NCBI GenBank assembly: GCA_964514655.1
Contig: CAZEQY010000014.1
Span: 10,378-74,377, forward strand
Source of the DNA: an uncultured bacterium
Lineage (GTDB): Bacteria > Chlamydiota > Chlamydiia > Chlamydiales > FEN-1388
Direction of reading: 5' to 3'
Length of the DNA: 64,000 bases
A program made the position numbers and the translations under genes. The notes under the pieces were generated by a model. It had not been told where the DNA came from and did not search any database. It was given only the letters and a program-made list of their open reading frames with translations. This document shows, piece by piece, positions 35,516 to 44,776 of the stretch (position 1 is the first letter of the stretch; every line of letters starts with the position of its first letter).

Positions 35516-36490
35516 CTACATCATTGATAAGAGGAGTTTGCCTATTGTTTCGCGATGTTCGAGCATTTGGTGGGCGGCTTTCGTCTCTTTTAGAGGGAAG
35601 ATGCGCATGATGCGTAGCTTCAGCCAGCCGGCTTGGATGGCGCTGATGACGCTATTTGCCCGTTCTAGTAGCTCTTCGCGCGTTCTAATAAAGTTGTGTA
35701 GGCTGCCGGAACAAAGGGAGAGAGACTTTGGCATCAAAAGGTTTGGGTCAAAGGGGTCGACAGGGCCGCTGCTAGAGCCGTACAGTACAATGGTTCCGCA
35801 TACGGCGGCAGCTTCAAAGTCACGCATAAAGGTAGTCTTTCCAACTCCATCGATGATGAGGTCAGCGCCATGCTTATTTGTAAGGCGCATGACTTCTGTT
35901 ACAAAGTTATCTTTTGTGTAGATAATGACATCATCAGCACCTTGAGCTTTTGCTGCATGGGCCTTTTCTTCTGTAGAAACTGTACCTATAACGTGTGCGC
36001 CAAGGTGTTTTGCCCACTGCACTAAAAGCAGCCCCATGCCGCCGGCGGCTGCATGTATAAGTACAACCTGGCCCTTTTTTACCGTATGAAATTCGTGTAG
36101 CAAATAGTGTGCTGTCATGCCCTGTAGGGGAAAGCTTGCAGCTTGCTCAAATGAAAAATCCTTAGGTATAGGTATCAGCCTATCTGCTTTTACAAGGATT
36201 TTTTCGGCATAGGAGCCAATTTGTCCTGTGAAGGCAACGCGGTCGCCAACTCGTACTGAAGATACGCGCGGGCCAACTGCCTCGACAACGCCGGCACCTT
36301 CAAGCCCGAGTGTAAAGGGTGTTTCGCTAGGGGCTGCGTAGGTGCCCTTTCTGTGGTAGATGTCAACAAAGTTAACGCCGGCATTATGCAGGCGGACTAC
36401 TGCTTCACCTGCTTGTGGAGCGTGTTCTTCTACCTCTTCGTACTTAAGAACGCTCGGGCTGCCATACTCATAAATTCTTATTGCTTTCAT
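35516..36490 (-). CDS. qor: NADPH:quinone oxidoreductase (zeta-crystallin / MDR family)
   Basis: N-terminus MKAIRIYEYGSPSVLKYEEVE, GVNFVDIYHRKG, and nucleotide-binding AAAGGMG. ATG 36490 was chosen. Confidence 0.8.
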   Translation of the reverse strand: MKAIRIYEYGSPSVLKYEEVEEHAPQAGEAVVRLHNAGVNFVDIYHRKGTYAAPSETPFTLGLEGAGVVEAVGPRVSSVRVGDRVAFTGQIGSYAEKILVKADRLIPIPKDFSFEQAASFPLQGMTAHYLLHEFHTVKKGQVVLIHAAAGGMGLLLVQWAKHLGAHVIGTVSTEEKAHAAKAQGADDVIIYTKDNFVTEVMRLTNKHGADLIIDGVGKTTFMRDFEAAAVCGTIVLYGSSSGPVDPFDPNLLMPKSLSLCSGSLHNFIRTREELLERANSVISAIQAGWLKLRIMRIFPLKETKAAHQMLEHRETIGKLLLSMM

Positions 36491-37016
36491 TGATGCTCCA
36501 AATGAATGCAAGGGTCATAACACCTGTTATTAACAGGTTGATTCCAAAAAGTATTCCAAGCACCCAAGAGGCTTCTATTGGCCAGCTTGCAAGAATAAGT
36601 ATCGCAAGAATTAAAGAGAGTACGCCATTTGTGACAATCCATCCCCAGTTACGTATGGGCCGCATTTGAAAGCCACCATAGATTTTTGTTATGCCATCAA
36701 AAAGAAAGTAAAGGGCCATGAGTAGCGTGAGCGTAAGTATTCCTGACATCGGAAAGATAAGAAGTAGTGCACCTAGCGCAAAATAGAGGATACTGCTCGC
36801 GATTGTAGACCCTCGATTTGGCATATCGGGCGTAAGGAACGTACGCAAGGCATATGCCATTGCTCCAAATACAAAGAGCCAGCCAAAAAAGTAGTCTAGG
36901 GTAAGTGAAAATATTCGTGGAAGCGCAAGTGCAAATATGCCCAAAAGGATAAAAAGTACACCTTCAGCTATAAATATTTTTTTGTAACGTCTCATTAATT
37001 CTATAATTTCATTCAT
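36468..37016 (-). CDS. HdeD/DUF308-family membrane protein
   Basis: Six predicted TM helices in the repeated small-residue pattern typical of HdeD-like proteins. Overlaps the qor start by 23 nt. Confidence 0.55.
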   Translation of the reverse strand: MNEIIELMRRYKKIFIAEGVLFILLGIFALALPRIFSLTLDYFFGWLFVFGAMAYALRTFLTPDMPNRGSTIASSILYFALGALLLIFPMSGILTLTLLMALYFLFDGITKIYGGFQMRPIRNWGWIVTNGVLSLILAILILASWPIEASWVLGILFGINLLITGVMTLAFIWSINESNKNL

Positions 37017-37083
37017 AAATCACCTTTTCTGTTTGCATATAAAATTATGGGTATATATGTCTACGAAAAAAAGGAGAAACGCT

Positions 37084-37554
37084 ATGAAGAAACTATCGCT
37101 TGTGATGGTAGGGATTTCATTACTTTGTGGCTGTAGCCGCGAAACATCATCAGATGTATACGACAGCCAAAACTTTGGTGAAGCAACAAGAACCTATCCG
37201 GCAGTTATCGAAGAGGCGCACCAAGTTACTGTAACAAATGGTGAAGGGCTTCAAGATAATACTGCAGGTATTTTAGGAGGCGGCTTAGCCGGTGCTTTAC
37301 TTGGCTCTACGATCGGTAAAGGTGATGGCAAGCTAGTTGCAGAAGTAGCTGGCGGCCTAGCAGGCGCGACAGGTGGTGCAGCCTTAGAACAGGGCCTTAA
37401 GACAGAAAGAGCCATGCAGTATATTGTACGCCTCGAAAATGGCGAAATGAGAACAGTCGTTCAAGCAGTAGAGCCGCGCCTATATCCCGGCCAAAAAGTC
37501 TATCTTATGGAAGCTCACCATGGCCGCTCTCGCGTAGTTGCTCGCGGCTTATAA
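37084..37554 (+). CDS. Glycine-zipper outer-membrane lipoprotein (SlyB / 17-kDa antigen-like)
   Basis: ATG 37084 follows GGAGA. Lipobox is MKKLSLVMVGISLLCGC. Glycine zipper is GILGGGLAGALLGSTIGKGDGKLVAEVAGGLAGATGGAAL. Confidence 0.75.
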   Translation: MKKLSLVMVGISLLCGCSRETSSDVYDSQNFGEATRTYPAVIEEAHQVTVTNGEGLQDNTAGILGGGLAGALLGSTIGKGDGKLVAEVAGGLAGATGGAALEQGLKTERAMQYIVRLENGEMRTVVQAVEPRLYPGQKVYLMEAHHGRSRVVARGL

Positions 37555-38226
37555 AATTTGGCATTCGCTTGACCACCAGGGTCTTGACAATTTTGCGATG
37601 GAGTCATCGATGCAATCGATGGCTTCATCCATCTCGTTGCCATGATATAGTTCTGAAAGCAAGCTAGCTGCGTAGTGATTATCAGGATTTATATCTAAAA
37701 CTCGTTCTAGATAGTTGCAGGCTCTATCCTCATCGCCTAGCTCCCAGTAGTACATTTCTCCAAGCGATAGCAATAGCTCTTCGTTATCTGGCTCGAGTTT
37801 ATAAAGTTTATCAAAGAAGTGTTGTGCCCTTGCAAAGTCTTGGTCATACAAAAACTGCTTTGCGTGCTGTAGATAAAACTGAGTGGATGATTCCAGGCGA
37901 TATTCTTTTATATTTTCACAGATGCCAACACATCTAAATATATGAACTTCTGCGCACCTAATTTCTACGTTGGAGATGGTTACATATCCCGGTCTTCTAA
38001 ACGCGTTAAGTTTGTGCGCGGTGAGGCCGTCAAAGTAGTGAGATCTACCAAAAATATCTTTGATGCTAACTATATGACTAGCAGAAAATTGCTCATGTAG
38101 CATGTCAAAGGTAATATTGGTAATTTCACAGCGTTTATCGCCAGGTAATGTGATAACAGATGTTTCTTGTAAATTATCAGCATTACAATAGACGCGAACT
38201 AAATTAAGTAAACTAGGAGGTTGCAT
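37549..38226 (-). CDS. TPR-repeat protein
   Basis: The C-terminal half carries TPR-like repeats (AKQFLYDQDFARAQHFFDKLYKLEPDNEELLLSLGEMYY...ACNYLERVLDINPDNHYA). Confidence 0.7.
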   Translation of the reverse strand: MQPPSLLNLVRVYCNADNLQETSVITLPGDKRCEITNITFDMLHEQFSASHIVSIKDIFGRSHYFDGLTAHKLNAFRRPGYVTISNVEIRCAEVHIFRCVGICENIKEYRLESSTQFYLQHAKQFLYDQDFARAQHFFDKLYKLEPDNEELLLSLGEMYYWELGDEDRACNYLERVLDINPDNHYAASLLSELYHGNEMDEAIDCIDDSIAKLSRPWWSSECQIL

Positions 38227-38322
38227 GCGGAGGTAGTGTACATGACGGGCAGATTTTTTTCTTTGAAAAAATCTGCTATGAGTTTAGTGTTTGTTAAAAC
38301 CTTTAACATAAGGAAGGGTTCA

Positions 38323-41103
38323 ATGAACATTTTATCAGTACTAGGTAGCTTTATAGCTATGCTAGCGATGATTTTTGGCGCTGCCAATCTAGAGGCAGAT
38401 GCCAGATTTCATCCAAAGGAAAAGAATACAAATCATCCACGACACAAAAACCATTGTTCTAAAGATGCTACTCAGCTGCAGCCAGCATATCCCTGGGAGA
38501 CGGTTGTAGACAACAAGCAGACATTTCGTTTTATTATTATGAACTACTTTACAGACCTTTTTGATCAGTCACAGGTTGAAGACGTTGCTCATGCTGCTGA
38601 AAAGTATATTAATAAATATTTCTTTCCAAGCTGGCGTGTACAGGCTAGTGTAGAGTTCTTTGTGCCACCTAGCATGGCAGATCTTACAGCACAGTTTGTG
38701 ATTCCGGGAACGTTTGTGACCTCTATACCAGAGCCGGGCACATTTGTACCTGTGTTTTTAGTAGATCAGTTTTCAGAAAATATTGATGATAACTTTGCTA
38801 CTGCAGTTCACGGTTCAGTCTCAGGCATTGTGATGAATGGCTATAGCCACCTTGTATACCTAGAAGATGATGATACGCTTACAGGTCCCTATCCAAATCT
38901 GCCCTTTGGTACGCCTTGGATTATAATTCCTGCGGGTTCTGTTGCAAGCGGCAATGGCATCAACGCGGCAGTATATAACAACCAGTTGTCAGGACAGGGC
39001 CCAACAGACTTTTATCAAGAACTTGCGCTTACACTTGCTCATGAAATGATCGAAGTCATGGTTAATCCAACAGGGCTTTACTATACGATCGATGGTAACC
39101 CACTTGGATTTGGCCTGCCAGAAGGCTCTCCAACAAGAAACCAGTTTTATCTGCATGAAGCAGTAGATCCGGTATCTCAAGGAAATGACAATATTTTTCT
39201 CTTTTGCAACTGGCCTATGCCAAACTTTGTGCTTCCGGCCTATTTTTTTCCATTTGCGGATGTAGTATCGCATGGAACAGCACGTTATGACCTATTAGGC
39301 CATATACATAAACCCTTTCAGCCATACAAGGGTACACAGTTTGTAATTTATCAAGACCAAGTTGGCGGCGATTTGACAGAGCTATCTGTTGGTGAGTATG
39401 AATCTACAGTTGCTAATCCATATACTGTTACCTTTACATCCTTTGGTTCTATTTATGACTATGAGGGATGGGTTCTTACGGCAGAAGATGAGGCTCGTAT
39501 GCCTCTTACAGACGTTGTGACGGCATATGGTAAGCCCAATGCTTTGGATGTCAAAAAGAGCGTAAAGGCACTTTCTCGTAAGGCTGGTGTGCAAAAACTT
39601 GCTGCACGAAATGCCCCAAAACAAAAGGTACAGCCTAGACAGCGCGAAAGCATGAATATTCAGTATATGACCGAAAGGGACTTTGCCTGTCATGAGCTTA
39701 CAAAGCCCTACATACTGCCTTTTCAGTATATTGATGATGATGGCTTTCTTACTCAGCGCTATGTGATTGTCAATTACCTGCCTGTGTTCCTTATACCTGA
39801 ACAGGTAGATCAGGCAATTCCTGTTATGGAACAGTTTATACAAGAAAACTTTTTGCCATACTGGAATAGAAAAGTAGACATCATTGCAAACTTTACTGTT
39901 ACTACACCGGATTCACCGCAGCCTGTATATGACGGAACGTTTGTGCCGATGTTTGTAATTCCTGATGAATTTTTTGATTTAAATTCATTTGGAGCAATTG
40001 CTATTACAGCAGGAGCATTTAACACAAATAATAACCTGAACCCCTATTCAGGACCTCGCATCACCGATTACTGGAAGCCATTTAATGGCTTTACAGTGCC
40101 AAATCTGCCCCTTGGAAACCCCTACCTCATCTTCCCGCGCCATAACATTGCAGGGCAAGTTGATGTAACAGCACGCGATCCTCAAACACAAGCAATTGTT
40201 GCAGGACCATTCATTGCTGTGCCGCAGGGAAGTGCAGATTCTGCCGATCTACCGGTTGCAGCAGAAGGCGCGATTGCTGATCCTATTGATGCTTGCGATC
40301 CGCAGACTCCAGGAAGCATGACAGGCAAAATAGGCCTTAACATCCGTATAGGATGCAATAGCCTCGTCTATCCAAATAACATGGCAGATGCCGGTGCTAT
40401 AGCTACACTTACCGGATGGGTTGGAGGACCCGAAGGTTTTGGCGCATCAGGAGCTTTGGTGTATGGTGCCACCATGGCCCAAGCTGATATGGAAACACTC
40501 ATGGCAGCTGTCGAGAATAATCCAAATGTAGTGATTACGATCGATAACTTCCGAGGCGGTCTTACTGATATTCAGACCTTTACGGCCGTTGAAACTCATG
40601 AGTTGATGGAGCTACTTGTTGATCCAACGTATGGAGACTTTATTGTCTATAGTAACCCACAACAAGATCGCGCTGTACTTTTTGTGCAGTATGAAACAGC
40701 AGATAGTATGGAACGAGTCAATCAAATGGGAACAGATGGTGTTCATTCATACAAGATGAACCCATTTCCTATTCCGGCCTACTTTGTGCCAAACCTTCGT
40801 AATAACAACTACGACAGTCTTGGCTTGATGTATAGACCTATGATTCCACTTTCTCGCGACCAGATCCTTTGGCAACAAGAAGGTGGCCCGACAAGCATAG
40901 CTTCTACATATGGAATATTAGAGGCTACAGAGTCGCTGCTTGATTTCCAAAATAGTGGAAGTATCTTTAATCTGCATACATTCACTCCACCATTTGATAC
41001 GCCATCATACGATACTCCGGATCCTGAGATCCCAATGGACACTTCACCGGTTGCACCAAACTATGAAGAACTCCAAACTCTGGATAGCGTGATATTGCTG
41101 TAA
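38323..41103 (+). CDS. Secreted, internally duplicated protein with paired HExxE motifs and a PA-domain insertion (926 aa)
   Basis: ATG 38323 follows AGGAAGG and gives the signal peptide MNILSVLGSFIAMLAMIFGAANLEADA. The two homologous halves begin TFRFIIMNYF... and QRYVIVNYLP... The HExxE motifs are AHEMIEVMVNPTG and THELMELLVDPTYG. The PA-like segment is DACDPQTPGSMTGKIGLNIRIGCNSLVYPNNMADAGAIA. Confidence 0.8.
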   Translation: MNILSVLGSFIAMLAMIFGAANLEADARFHPKEKNTNHPRHKNHCSKDATQLQPAYPWETVVDNKQTFRFIIMNYFTDLFDQSQVEDVAHAAEKYINKYFFPSWRVQASVEFFVPPSMADLTAQFVIPGTFVTSIPEPGTFVPVFLVDQFSENIDDNFATAVHGSVSGIVMNGYSHLVYLEDDDTLTGPYPNLPFGTPWIIIPAGSVASGNGINAAVYNNQLSGQGPTDFYQELALTLAHEMIEVMVNPTGLYYTIDGNPLGFGLPEGSPTRNQFYLHEAVDPVSQGNDNIFLFCNWPMPNFVLPAYFFPFADVVSHGTARYDLLGHIHKPFQPYKGTQFVIYQDQVGGDLTELSVGEYESTVANPYTVTFTSFGSIYDYEGWVLTAEDEARMPLTDVVTAYGKPNALDVKKSVKALSRKAGVQKLAARNAPKQKVQPRQRESMNIQYMTERDFACHELTKPYILPFQYIDDDGFLTQRYVIVNYLPVFLIPEQVDQAIPVMEQFIQENFLPYWNRKVDIIANFTVTTPDSPQPVYDGTFVPMFVIPDEFFDLNSFGAIAITAGAFNTNNNLNPYSGPRITDYWKPFNGFTVPNLPLGNPYLIFPRHNIAGQVDVTARDPQTQAIVAGPFIAVPQGSADSADLPVAAEGAIADPIDACDPQTPGSMTGKIGLNIRIGCNSLVYPNNMADAGAIATLTGWVGGPEGFGASGALVYGATMAQADMETLMAAVENNPNVVITIDNFRGGLTDIQTFTAVETHELMELLVDPTYGDFIVYSNPQQDRAVLFVQYETADSMERVNQMGTDGVHSYKMNPFPIPAYFVPNLRNNNYDSLGLMYRPMIPLSRDQILWQQEGGPTSIASTYGILEATESLLDFQNSGSIFNLHTFTPPFDTPSYDTPDPEIPMDTSPVAPNYEELQTLDSVILL

Positions 41104-41115
41104 GGCATCTATAAA

Positions 41116-41147
41116 CCCAGCCTTTCATTAGAAAGGCTGGGTTTTTT
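41116..41147 (+). terminator. Rho-independent terminator, probably bidirectional (38323..41103 and rtcB)
   Basis: An 11-bp perfect stem CCCAGCCTTTC/GAAAGGCTGGG with loop ATTA, followed by T6. On the minus strand the same hairpin lies immediately after the rtcB stop. Confidence 0.75.
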
Positions 41148-42567
41148 ATCCTTTGATTACGAGGTGGGGTTTGAGGCGGGCGACTTTTTTGGCGAGCGAA
41201 GCTTCTTCCACAGCGTCAACCACTACATCAACATCTTTATAAGCGTCAGGCATTTCTTCGGCGATGGTGTTGCGGCTATCTGCCATTACACGTATTCCTT
41301 GCGTTGCCATGTATTCTATGAGGTTGCGGCCTTGCCATGATTTTTTAGACTGCATGCGGCTTCGCCGTCTTCCTGCCCCGTGGCATGAGCTACAGAAGGT
41401 GAGGGGATTGCCAAGGCCTACCATAAGGTGACTTGCACGGCCCATATCGCCGGGCACAAGTACAGGCTGTCCCGTCTTTTTGTAGAGGGGAGTAAGTTCA
41501 TTTGCACCAGGTCCATAGGCGCGCGTTGCGCCCTTTCTATGCACACAGAGGTGCATCATCTTTCCGGCTACTTCATGCTCTTCAAATTTAGCAATGTTGT
41601 GGCATACGTCGTAGATAAGGCGTACATCTTGGGCGGCAATCTTTAGTACTTCACAAAAGCCTTGGCGCACGGCATGTAAAATCCGTTGGCGGTTGTTAAA
41701 GGCAAAGTTTGCAGCTGCGCCCATTGCTTGAAAGTACTTGCGGCCGGCCTCACTTTTGATTGGAGCAGCAACAAGTTGGCGATCCGGCAAGTTGTCGCCA
41801 TAGCCTTGACGCATAAAAGAGTCTAGCGTGTCTTGGCAGATCTGGTGGCCAAAGCCGCGCGAGCCGGAATGTATCAATATATAAGTCTGCCCCTTTTCTA
41901 CAGCCCACTCTTGGGCTATTTCCGGGTAAAATATTGTCTCAACTTCGCCGATTTCTACAAAGTGGTTGCCGGATCCTATGGTGCCAAGCTGGTCTTTACC
42001 TCGCATTTTTGCAAGGTCTGAAACGGCATGCATGTCCGCCTTTTCAATAAAGCCGCGGCTTTCAGTATGTTCTAAATCAATATCAAACCCATAACCCTCT
42101 TGTATAGACCATTTAGCGCCAAGAGCTGCAAGTTTTATGTAGTCTTCATTGGATAGTGTTTTGTTTTTTGTGCCTCGCCCAACACCAGATGGCACAAGTT
42201 TAAAGATCGTTTTTAGAAGATCGTCCTTTTTTTTGTCCGTAAGGCTTTTAAATGGCACATTCACAACGGCAAGGCGCACGCCGCAGTTGATGTCATAGCC
42301 AACACCTCCAGGGCTTATGACGCCAGTTTCAGCACATGTTGCAGCAACGCCGCCAATTGGAAAGCCGTAGCCCCAGTGAATGTCCGGCATGGCAATACTA
42401 TAACCAACTATGCCCGGAAGGTGGGCTACATTTTTTACCTGGTCTAGTGACTTATCGCCTTTTATGTCTTCCATAAGGGCAGTTGAGGCAATGACAAGTC
42501 CGGGAACTTGCATCCCGCCGGTTTTTGCTATCTCAAACATTCCTGGGCCAATGTTAAACATCGACAA
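41146..42567 (-). CDS. rtcB: RNA-splicing ligase RtcB (3'-phosphate/5'-hydroxyl RNA ligase)
   Basis: Motifs GGVGYDINCGVR, GSGNHFVEIG, HSGSRGFGHQ and CSSCHGAGR. Confidence 0.9.
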   Translation of the reverse strand: MSMFNIGPGMFEIAKTGGMQVPGLVIASTALMEDIKGDKSLDQVKNVAHLPGIVGYSIAMPDIHWGYGFPIGGVAATCAETGVISPGGVGYDINCGVRLAVVNVPFKSLTDKKKDDLLKTIFKLVPSGVGRGTKNKTLSNEDYIKLAALGAKWSIQEGYGFDIDLEHTESRGFIEKADMHAVSDLAKMRGKDQLGTIGSGNHFVEIGEVETIFYPEIAQEWAVEKGQTYILIHSGSRGFGHQICQDTLDSFMRQGYGDNLPDRQLVAAPIKSEAGRKYFQAMGAAANFAFNNRQRILHAVRQGFCEVLKIAAQDVRLIYDVCHNIAKFEEHEVAGKMMHLCVHRKGATRAYGPGANELTPLYKKTGQPVLVPGDMGRASHLMVGLGNPLTFCSSCHGAGRRRSRMQSKKSWQGRNLIEYMATQGIRVMADSRNTIAEEMPDAYKDVDVVVDAVEEASLAKKVARLKPHLVIKG

Positions 42568-43318
42568 TCATCTCCCACTCTAGCACGTTATCTTCACGCT
42601 CCAAAATATCGCCATGATAGCTTACAGCCTTTATGGGCGCGCCGTGTGCGCTATCGGCAAGGGCAATCATTTTATTTAAGCTGCGTATGACGTCATTGAG
42701 TGTAGAGTGCGTGTCCCTCTCAATAAACTGTACAAATGGAGCATACGTACAGCTTAATGCAATGGCAGCGTTACGGTAAAGATCTGTTACAGTGTGTCCA
42801 CGCACTATGTAGGCAATGTCGGCAGTATGTTCTTTTTCTTCAAATGGGGCTAAAAGTTCTTTTGTATAGCGCGGAAGATACGTGAGGTTTCCCATACTTT
42901 CATAAAGGTGAATGCGAAAACCATACATAGGCTGCGCTGTGAAAGCGCTTTGCCATTGCTGCGTATCAAACGGCTTTCGCGCTACTGTTACGTGGGGCAA
43001 AAAGTCGCGTGTTTCATCGGGCACAAAGTGGCGGGTAAGGACTTGTTGTAAGTTATATAGAGGCTCTTTTTGTGTAAGAATATCAACGTGCCAACAAAGA
43101 GTGTTGTGTAATCTCAGACACTTGTCAAATATACCTGTAGGGCCTATTGTGAGCTCTGATATGTCTAGTTCTTTAAGTTCATCTACTGTCTTTTTAAGGT
43201 CTTTTTCACCTAAAAAGGCAAGCGTCATGTGACGCTCGTCCTCATGGATAAGTCTGCCGTGGGGAAGCTCTTCTGGCCAATTAGCCCGAACTTCAAGTGC
43301 AATAAAGAGCCTAGCCAT
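42554..43318 (-). CDS. Fusion protein: N-terminal 2H phosphoesterase (LigT/ThpR-like) and C-terminal archease
   Basis: Two HxTx motifs (HMTLAFLG, HVTVAR) lie in the first ~150 aa. They are followed by FEEKEHTADIAYIVRGHTVTDLYRNAA ... IKAVSYHGDILEREDNVLEWEMIVDV, the archease N- and C-terminal signatures. Overlaps rtcB by 14 nt. Confidence 0.75.
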   Translation of the reverse strand: MARLFIALEVRANWPEELPHGRLIHEDERHMTLAFLGEKDLKKTVDELKELDISELTIGPTGIFDKCLRLHNTLCWHVDILTQKEPLYNLQQVLTRHFVPDETRDFLPHVTVARKPFDTQQWQSAFTAQPMYGFRIHLYESMGNLTYLPRYTKELLAPFEEKEHTADIAYIVRGHTVTDLYRNAAIALSCTYAPFVQFIERDTHSTLNDVIRSLNKMIALADSAHGAPIKAVSYHGDILEREDNVLEWEMIVDV

Positions 43319-43745
43319 GTAGCTGGTGAAGGATCTCTTGAGTTGAAAGATGGACGAGGTCTTTATTTATTTCTTTTTTGATGAGGCTTAGCGTCTTTTT
43401 GTCTAGGGCATTGCGGAGCTCTCCCAAAAAGCCTGGGCTTGCAATCACCATGAGCTCAGAAAATTGGTTGTTGCCTCTTGCTTCGTCTAAATAGTGAGAA
43501 AGTGCTTTTGCAAAGAGGGCGCACTCGTGTTCTTTTTGCGAAGTTTTTGGCTCCATAGCATGGCGACGATTGCCTGTACTTGTAAAATCGCGTCCAGGAT
43601 TTGTTGAAACCAAGTCTTGCTCATGTAGGCGGCTTTCTGCATGTACAAAATCTTTAAGTTCTACAAGTGTGTGCATGTCTTTAAGATGAAAAATTCGTGC
43701 GCTACAGGAATTTGCTACTAGTACCCATCTGTCGTGCTGTTTCAT
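43311..43745 (-). CDS. Host-attachment-protein family (Pfam Host_attach-like; proposed release-factor-like fold)
   Basis: The N-terminus MKQHDRWVLVANSCSARIFHL matches the WVLVAD..ARIF start typical of this family. Overlaps the next gene by 8 nt. Confidence 0.6.
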   Translation of the reverse strand: MKQHDRWVLVANSCSARIFHLKDMHTLVELKDFVHAESRLHEQDLVSTNPGRDFTSTGNRRHAMEPKTSQKEHECALFAKALSHYLDEARGNNQFSELMVIASPGFLGELRNALDKKTLSLIKKEINKDLVHLSTQEILHQLHG

Positions 43746-43850
43746 AGTTTACCTCGTGTTGAATATAGCTATACCTGTCATCTAAATTAGAGTCGACAGA
43801 AATATCGTAATGGTCGATAATCCTTTCTCTTAACAGTGTTAGGTAACTGT

Positions 43851-44699
43851 ATGACGTGTGTTTGCACAGGCATCTACCAAGACGAACGTGATAGACTTTC
43901 GTCTAAAGACATTGACCTCATCTTGGATTCTGGCAGAGCCTGGGATCTTTCTAAGACGCTAGATGAGCACGGAGTTGCTATTTTTCCTCACAGCTATCTT
44001 TCTGTATGTGCACCCTATATTGCAGCGTGCGTGCATGGAGCGCTTGACTCGGGTAGTGACCATGTGCTTGTACTTGGCGTACTGCATTCCTTTAGCGATG
44101 TGCTATTTGCTGCAAGGCGCTTAGAGCGCGCGCATCAGGATCTTTCAAACTTTCCCTTGAGAGGTGTGCATGGCCCAAGAAAGCAGCGCGGAGATCACTG
44201 GAAGGCTGAATATTCTCTTTTAAGTTTTATATTTCTTTGGAACGAAGAAGTAAAAAGGCGCGGCATAAAGCCCCCAAAGCTTACTATTCGCTTTCCATAT
44301 CTTGTAAACAGGGAGCCTCATACCTTGCCGGGCATTCATGAGCTTGAGCGCATTGCAAAAGATGCCTGCCTAATTGCTACAAGTGATATTTGCCACCATG
44401 GCGTAGCCTACGGGGCAAAACCTGAAGATGTCCTTGTTGGAGAGGCTGCCTATGAATATGCCGGTAAAAGTATTAGTGATAACCTCAAGCTGCTTATGAC
44501 GGGCGATTTAGAGCGCTACTACGAACACTGTATCAAAATTTCTAGCGATTCATATGACGTTTGCCCCATTATCTACCACTTGAGAGGCGCCCTTAGGCCA
44601 AAAATTCTTGAATACGCCATTAGCGATACATCGCTTTTTTATGCCGGCACCCCAACTCCAAGCTGGGTCGCTGCCGCTCTGATAGAACTAAAAAAATAA
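43851..44699 (+). CDS. Memo-like / AmmeMemoRadiSam system protein B-like (tentative)
   Basis: FPHSYLSVCAPYIAACVHGAL, VLVLGVLHS and ATSDICHHG loosely match the PHAGY..SG, ILGPxH and SSDLSHY motifs. The start is uncertain (ATG 43851 or GTG 43836). Confidence 0.4.
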   Translation: MTCVCTGIYQDERDRLSSKDIDLILDSGRAWDLSKTLDEHGVAIFPHSYLSVCAPYIAACVHGALDSGSDHVLVLGVLHSFSDVLFAARRLERAHQDLSNFPLRGVHGPRKQRGDHWKAEYSLLSFIFLWNEEVKRRGIKPPKLTIRFPYLVNREPHTLPGIHELERIAKDACLIATSDICHHGVAYGAKPEDVLVGEAAYEYAGKSISDNLKLLMTGDLERYYEHCIKISSDSYDVCPIIYHLRGALRPKILEYAISDTSLFYAGTPTPSWVAAALIELKK

Positions 44700-44776
44700 T
44701 TGCAAAATTTTCTCTATATAAATAAGGTAACAAAAAGAGCGCTATTAAGGCGCGATTTATAATTATGGAGAATTTT

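Noticed and set aside
35433-35921. 162-aa ORF on the plus strand
   Set aside because: It lies antisense to the well-supported quinone oxidoreductase gene and the yidC start, with no motif and no SD. It is a typical shadow ORF.
38221-38322. ORF-track start at 38221 for the 960-aa ORF
   Set aside because: It overlaps the TPR gene start. ATG 38323 has AGGAAGG upstream and yields a clean signal peptide.
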